A stretch of DNA of 64,000 nucleotides from Alphaproteobacteria bacterium. Lineage in GTDB: Bacteria > Pseudomonadota > Alphaproteobacteria > Micavibrionales > UBA2020. This document shows positions 61,128 through 64,000 of the stretch, piece by piece. Each line of letters begins with the position of its first letter. The stretch's first letter is position 1. The DNA lies in the NCBI GenBank assembly GCA_016794125.1, contig JAEUKT010000002.1:335240-399239 (forward strand). The letters run 5' to 3'. The position numbers and the translations under genes are program-made. Under the pieces are notes generated by a model. The model worked only from the letters and a program-made list of their open reading frames with translations, did no database searches and was not told the DNA's origin.

Positions 61128-61814
61128 ATGAAGTTTTCATGGCTTTGCCTGCTGGCGGCGATTGCAATTGCGGCACCGGCAACAACCGTCATGGCGCAGA
61201 ATCCCGGCACGGGGCAGCAGCCGCTGCCCAACCCGCTCGACCCGCCCGCGCCGCCGCCATCGACCGAGGCCAAGCCCGACTGGATGGGTTACCCCAAGGA
61301 AGAAACCGGGGAACAGGGCGACCTGTCGAACCCGCACCGCACGCCCGAAGAAATCGTGGCATGGGTGCAGTCGCTGTCGACCGATATGCTGACATTCACA
61401 TCCAAAGCCGCCTATGACCGCCTGACCGAAGCGGGCGCATCGATCGCGTTCGAGGAAGTGAATACGAAACTGTTCCGCCTGAAGCCCAAATTCACGGCCA
61501 AGGGCTGGGCCGAATACGCCGCCTATGCGCAGCAGTCGCAAATCATCGACAAGGTGCGCAACCACGAATATTCGGTCACCACCATCATGAACGGCAACGC
61601 CGCCATTCTGGACAAGGGCCCTGTCGAGGGCGTTTACCGCTGGCTGGTGCGCGCGCCCCTGATGATCACCTATCTGCTGGTCAACGAAAAGGGCGAGCAG
61701 CAGGCTGTGGAAGACGGCCAGTTTGAAGTGACGATGCAGCTGGCACGCGGCCCCCAGACCGGCCCCGAAGATCCCGGCCTGCTGGTCGAGGGCTGGAACG
61801 TCGTTGCGAAATAA
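61128..61814 (+). CDS. Secreted protein, possibly DotI/IcmL-like domain
   Basis: Signal peptide (AIAIAAPATTVMAQ), a Pro-rich linker, then W...LTF...FTAKGW.EY....S.IIDKV....SVT......IL.KGPVEGVYRWLVRAPLMITY. From memory this resembles the DotI/IcmL (T4BSS) domain pattern. The CDS call is solid; the family call is tentative. Confidence 0.5.
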   Translation: MKFSWLCLLAAIAIAAPATTVMAQNPGTGQQPLPNPLDPPAPPPSTEAKPDWMGYPKEETGEQGDLSNPHRTPEEIVAWVQSLSTDMLTFTSKAAYDRLTEAGASIAFEEVNTKLFRLKPKFTAKGWAEYAAYAQQSQIIDKVRNHEYSVTTIMNGNAAILDKGPVEGVYRWLVRAPLMITYLLVNEKGEQQAVEDGQFEVTMQLARGPQTGPEDPGLLVEGWNVVAK

Positions 61815-61820
61815 ATCCGC

Positions 61821-62009
61821 TTAAGGCTTCTTGAACAGCGCATCGACCGCGCTGCGGTGGGTGTCTTTCTTCGCGATATCCGCCTCGACGCGGGCGATTT
61901 CTTCCTTTAGCTGCGCCACATAATCGCGGAGTTCCGGCACCGACATTTTATCGAGCGCGCGGGGTTTCGCGCGTTTGGTTTTGGGGTCGTTTTCGTCGTC
62001 GAAAATCAT
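61821..62009 (-). CDS. DUF1192 family small protein
   Basis: 62 aa. The LDKMSVPELRDYVAQLKEEIARVEADIAKK...A.ALF pattern is typical of alphaproteobacterial DUF1192. Confidence 0.75.
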   Translation of the reverse strand: MIFDDENDPKTKRAKPRALDKMSVPELRDYVAQLKEEIARVEADIAKKDTHRSAVDALFKKP

Positions 62010-62061
62010 CTATAATGCTCCCGTCACTGCAACGCGCCCATCATAGCGGAAAACAAACCAG

Positions 62062-63078
62062 ATGCCAAAAAAACCGACACCCCGGAAAAACGCCGTCCCG
62101 ACCGAGATGAAAGCCGCCGCCGTGCATGACCATGCGCTGGTGACGGAAACCCGCCCTGTGCCGAAACCGGCGGCGGGCGAAGTATTGGTGCGCGTGGCCG
62201 CCGCCGGCGTGAACCGCCCCGATATTTTGCAGCGCAAGGGTCTGTACCCGCCCCCCGCCGGAATCTCCGATATTCCCGGCCTTGAAATCGCGGGCGAAGT
62301 CGCCGCGCTGGGCAAGGGCGTGACGGGGCTGAAGAAGGGCGCGAAGGTTTGCGCGCTTGTGGCAGGCGGCGGCTATGCCGAATATTGCGTCGTGCCGGCC
62401 GTGCAATGCCTGCCCGTGCCCAAAGGCATGGATATGGTGACGGCGGCGGGATTGTGCGAAACGCATTTCACCGTCTGGACAAATTTGTTCGACCGCGGCC
62501 AGTTGAAAAAAGGCGAAAGCGTTTTAGTCCATGGCGGCGCATCCGGCATCGGCACGACCGCAATACAGGTCGCAAAATCATTCGGCGCGAAAGTCTATGT
62601 AACAGCCAGCACCGATGACAAGGGCAAGGCCTGCGTGAAGCTGGGCGCGACAGCCGCGATCAATTACCGCCAGAAAGATTTCGTGGCGGAGGTCATGACG
62701 CTGACCGACAACCGCGGCGTCGATGTGGTGCTGGATATGGTCGGCGGCGATTATGTGGCGCGCAACCTGAAAACGCTGGCCCCCTACGGCCGTCATGTCA
62801 GCATCGCGATGCAAAAGGGCCGCACGGTCGAGGTCGACCTGTTCCAGATCATGTCGAAGCGGCTGGTCATGACCGGATCGACGCTGCGCCCGCAGCCGGT
62901 ATCGGTGAAGGGCGAGATTGCGAAAGCGCTGAAGAAAAACATCTGGCCGCTGGTGGCGCGCAAAAAAATCCGCTGCGTGATCGACAGCGTCTATACCCTC
63001 GACGAAGCGCAAAAAGCCCATGAGCATCTGGAGGTGGGGAATCATGTCGGCAAGGTGATTCTCAAGGTCGGCGTCTAA
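62062..63078 (+). CDS. NAD(P)H:quinone oxidoreductase (MDR superfamily, PIG3/Qor-like)
   Basis: GVNRPD, PGLE(I)AG, the VHGGASGIGTTAIQ nucleotide-binding motif, and C-terminal GKVILKV. Confidence 0.9.
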   Translation: MPKKPTPRKNAVPTEMKAAAVHDHALVTETRPVPKPAAGEVLVRVAAAGVNRPDILQRKGLYPPPAGISDIPGLEIAGEVAALGKGVTGLKKGAKVCALVAGGGYAEYCVVPAVQCLPVPKGMDMVTAAGLCETHFTVWTNLFDRGQLKKGESVLVHGGASGIGTTAIQVAKSFGAKVYVTASTDDKGKACVKLGATAAINYRQKDFVAEVMTLTDNRGVDVVLDMVGGDYVARNLKTLAPYGRHVSIAMQKGRTVEVDLFQIMSKRLVMTGSTLRPQPVSVKGEIAKALKKNIWPLVARKKIRCVIDSVYTLDEAQKAHEHLEVGNHVGKVILKVGV

Positions 63079-63143
63079 TATTTACATAATAATTAGATAT
63101 TGCGTATATTTTTAAGCCGGATATGCCGCCCCGACGGTTATCT

Positions 63144-63200
63144 TTGACATATTAAATACGGTTTGCTATTCCTTTTGCATAACAAATACAGAAGGAATAG
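63144..63200 (+). promoter_or_regulatory. Candidate promoter plus 9-bp inverted repeat covering the Shine-Dalgarno of the small-gene array
   Basis: TTGACA (63144-63149), 17 nt, TATTCC (63167-63172). CTATTCCTT (63166-63174) is the exact reverse complement of AAGGAATAG (63192-63200), which contains the AAGGA SD 8 nt upstream of the ATG at 63208. Confidence 0.35.
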
Positions 63201-63207
63201 CCCGCCC

Positions 63208-63513
63208 ATGTCCCTCACCGCCGCCTTCAACGACGATTATCCGACTGAAATGGTGAACAGTTACGTGCTGACCGTCCAATATGATGTGGCGGGTTACAGC
63301 CAGGTGATGGCCTATGATTTCAAGGCGCGGCTGATGACGCTGCGCACCGATGGTTATGCGGATGCGGGCGTGCGCATGATCCCGTTTTCACAGCTGGACC
63401 GCGACAGCCTTGTGGAATTGCGCGACCAGCTGATCGAGCTGGGCGGCAATCCGCCGCCGCTCGCCCCCGAACCCAATACGCTGAACAAGCCCGCACGCGG
63501 CCTGAACCCGTAA
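63208..63513 (+). CDS. Small protein, unassigned family (copy C)
   Basis: 101 aa. Contains MSLTAAFNDDY...YDFKARLMT...PFSQLDRDSLVELRDQLIELGGNPPPL...LNKPARGLNP-stop, with an AAGGAAT SD. Confidence 0.65.
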   Translation: MSLTAAFNDDYPTEMVNSYVLTVQYDVAGYSQVMAYDFKARLMTLRTDGYADAGVRMIPFSQLDRDSLVELRDQLIELGGNPPPLAPEPNTLNKPARGLNP

Positions 63514-63525
63514 AGGAATTCCCAC

Positions 63526-63819
63526 ATGTCGCTCAGCGCAGATTTCAACAACACCCACAACCCGCAAAGAATGGGCGATAACGTGCTGCGCATGGGGTAC
63601 GACTCTGTCAGCTTCTTCTATGACTTCGCGCAACGGCTGCTGGTGACCTCCTACCGCTATAGCGATGCGGGCGGCACGACCGTTACGCCGTTTTCGCAGC
63701 TGGACCGCGAAACGCTGATTGACATGCGCGACAAGCTGGTGGAGCTGGGCGGCAAGCCGAAGGAACTGCCGCCGGAAGGCCCGACGCTCAACAAGCCCAC
63801 GCGCGGCCTGAACCCGTAA
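63526..63819 (+). CDS. Small protein, unassigned family (copy D)
   Basis: 97 aa. Contains MSLSADFNNTH...YDFAQRLLVT...PFSQLDRETLIDMRDKLVELGGKPKEL...LNKPTRGLNP-stop. AAGGAAT SD, 12 nt after copy C. Confidence 0.65.
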   Translation: MSLSADFNNTHNPQRMGDNVLRMGYDSVSFFYDFAQRLLVTSYRYSDAGGTTVTPFSQLDRETLIDMRDKLVELGGKPKELPPEGPTLNKPTRGLNP

Positions 63820-63829
63820 GGAATTTACC

Positions 63830-64000
63830 ATGGACGTCAAAGCCGCATTCAACGAACAATACAAGGCGACGATGGCGAATGCCTATGTGCTGGATACCAC
63901 CTTTTATTCGCCGACTCTGGGTCACATCTACCAGACGTTTGATTTTATGGCGCGCACCCTGATCTCGGGCCGCAGCAGCAGTTCCGCAGGATTCACCGTG
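63830..64000 (+). CDS. Small protein, unassigned family (copy E, truncated by window end)
   Basis: MDVKAAFNEQYKATMANAYVL...FDFMARTLIS matches the N-terminus and first motif of copies C and D. AAGGAAT SD, 10 nt after copy D. The ORF runs off the window. Confidence 0.55.
   Translation, partial: MDVKAAFNEQYKATMANAYVLDTTFYSPTLGHIYQTFDFMARTLISGRSSSSAGFTV

Overview
High-GC chromosomal window with alphaproteobacterial gene content and order. About two thirds is conserved housekeeping. This includes a complete dcw cell-wall/division cluster (rsmH-ftsL-ftsI-murE-murF-mraY-murD-ftsW-murG-murC-murB-ddl-ftsQ-ftsA-ftsZ, no mraZ), followed by lpxC-bamD-recN-ligA. It also includes pntAA-pntAB-pntB, a contiguous translationally coupled ccmABCDEFGHI operon, acnA, sdhB, a purine nucleoside phosphorylase and an RNase P RNA gene. 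No transposase, integrase, CRISPR array, tRNA or rRNA was seen. The unusual content sits between these blocks. (1) A family of ~100-aa proteins that I cannot assign to any known family has five copies in two loci: two directly downstream of a 430-aa J-domain (HPD) protein, and at least three in a tandem array running off the right edge. (2) Many unrelated proteins carry short Lys/Pro/Gly-rich C-terminal tails, and seven end in Pro-stop. They include unknowns, two PldB-like hydrolases, two M3 oligoendopeptidases and an AmpD-like amidase. (3) Tandem paralog pairs are frequent (amidases, hydrolases, M3 peptidases, HExxH lipoprotein-like proteins). (4) An accessory stretch (about 1.96-7.9 kb) holds helical or HExxH unknowns around an orphan sdhB, with a lower-GC secreted-protein gene and a reused terminator hairpin. 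(5) There is an orphan DotI/IcmL-like periplasmic protein. All functional calls rest on motifs read by eye from the ORF translations; no database search was possible.
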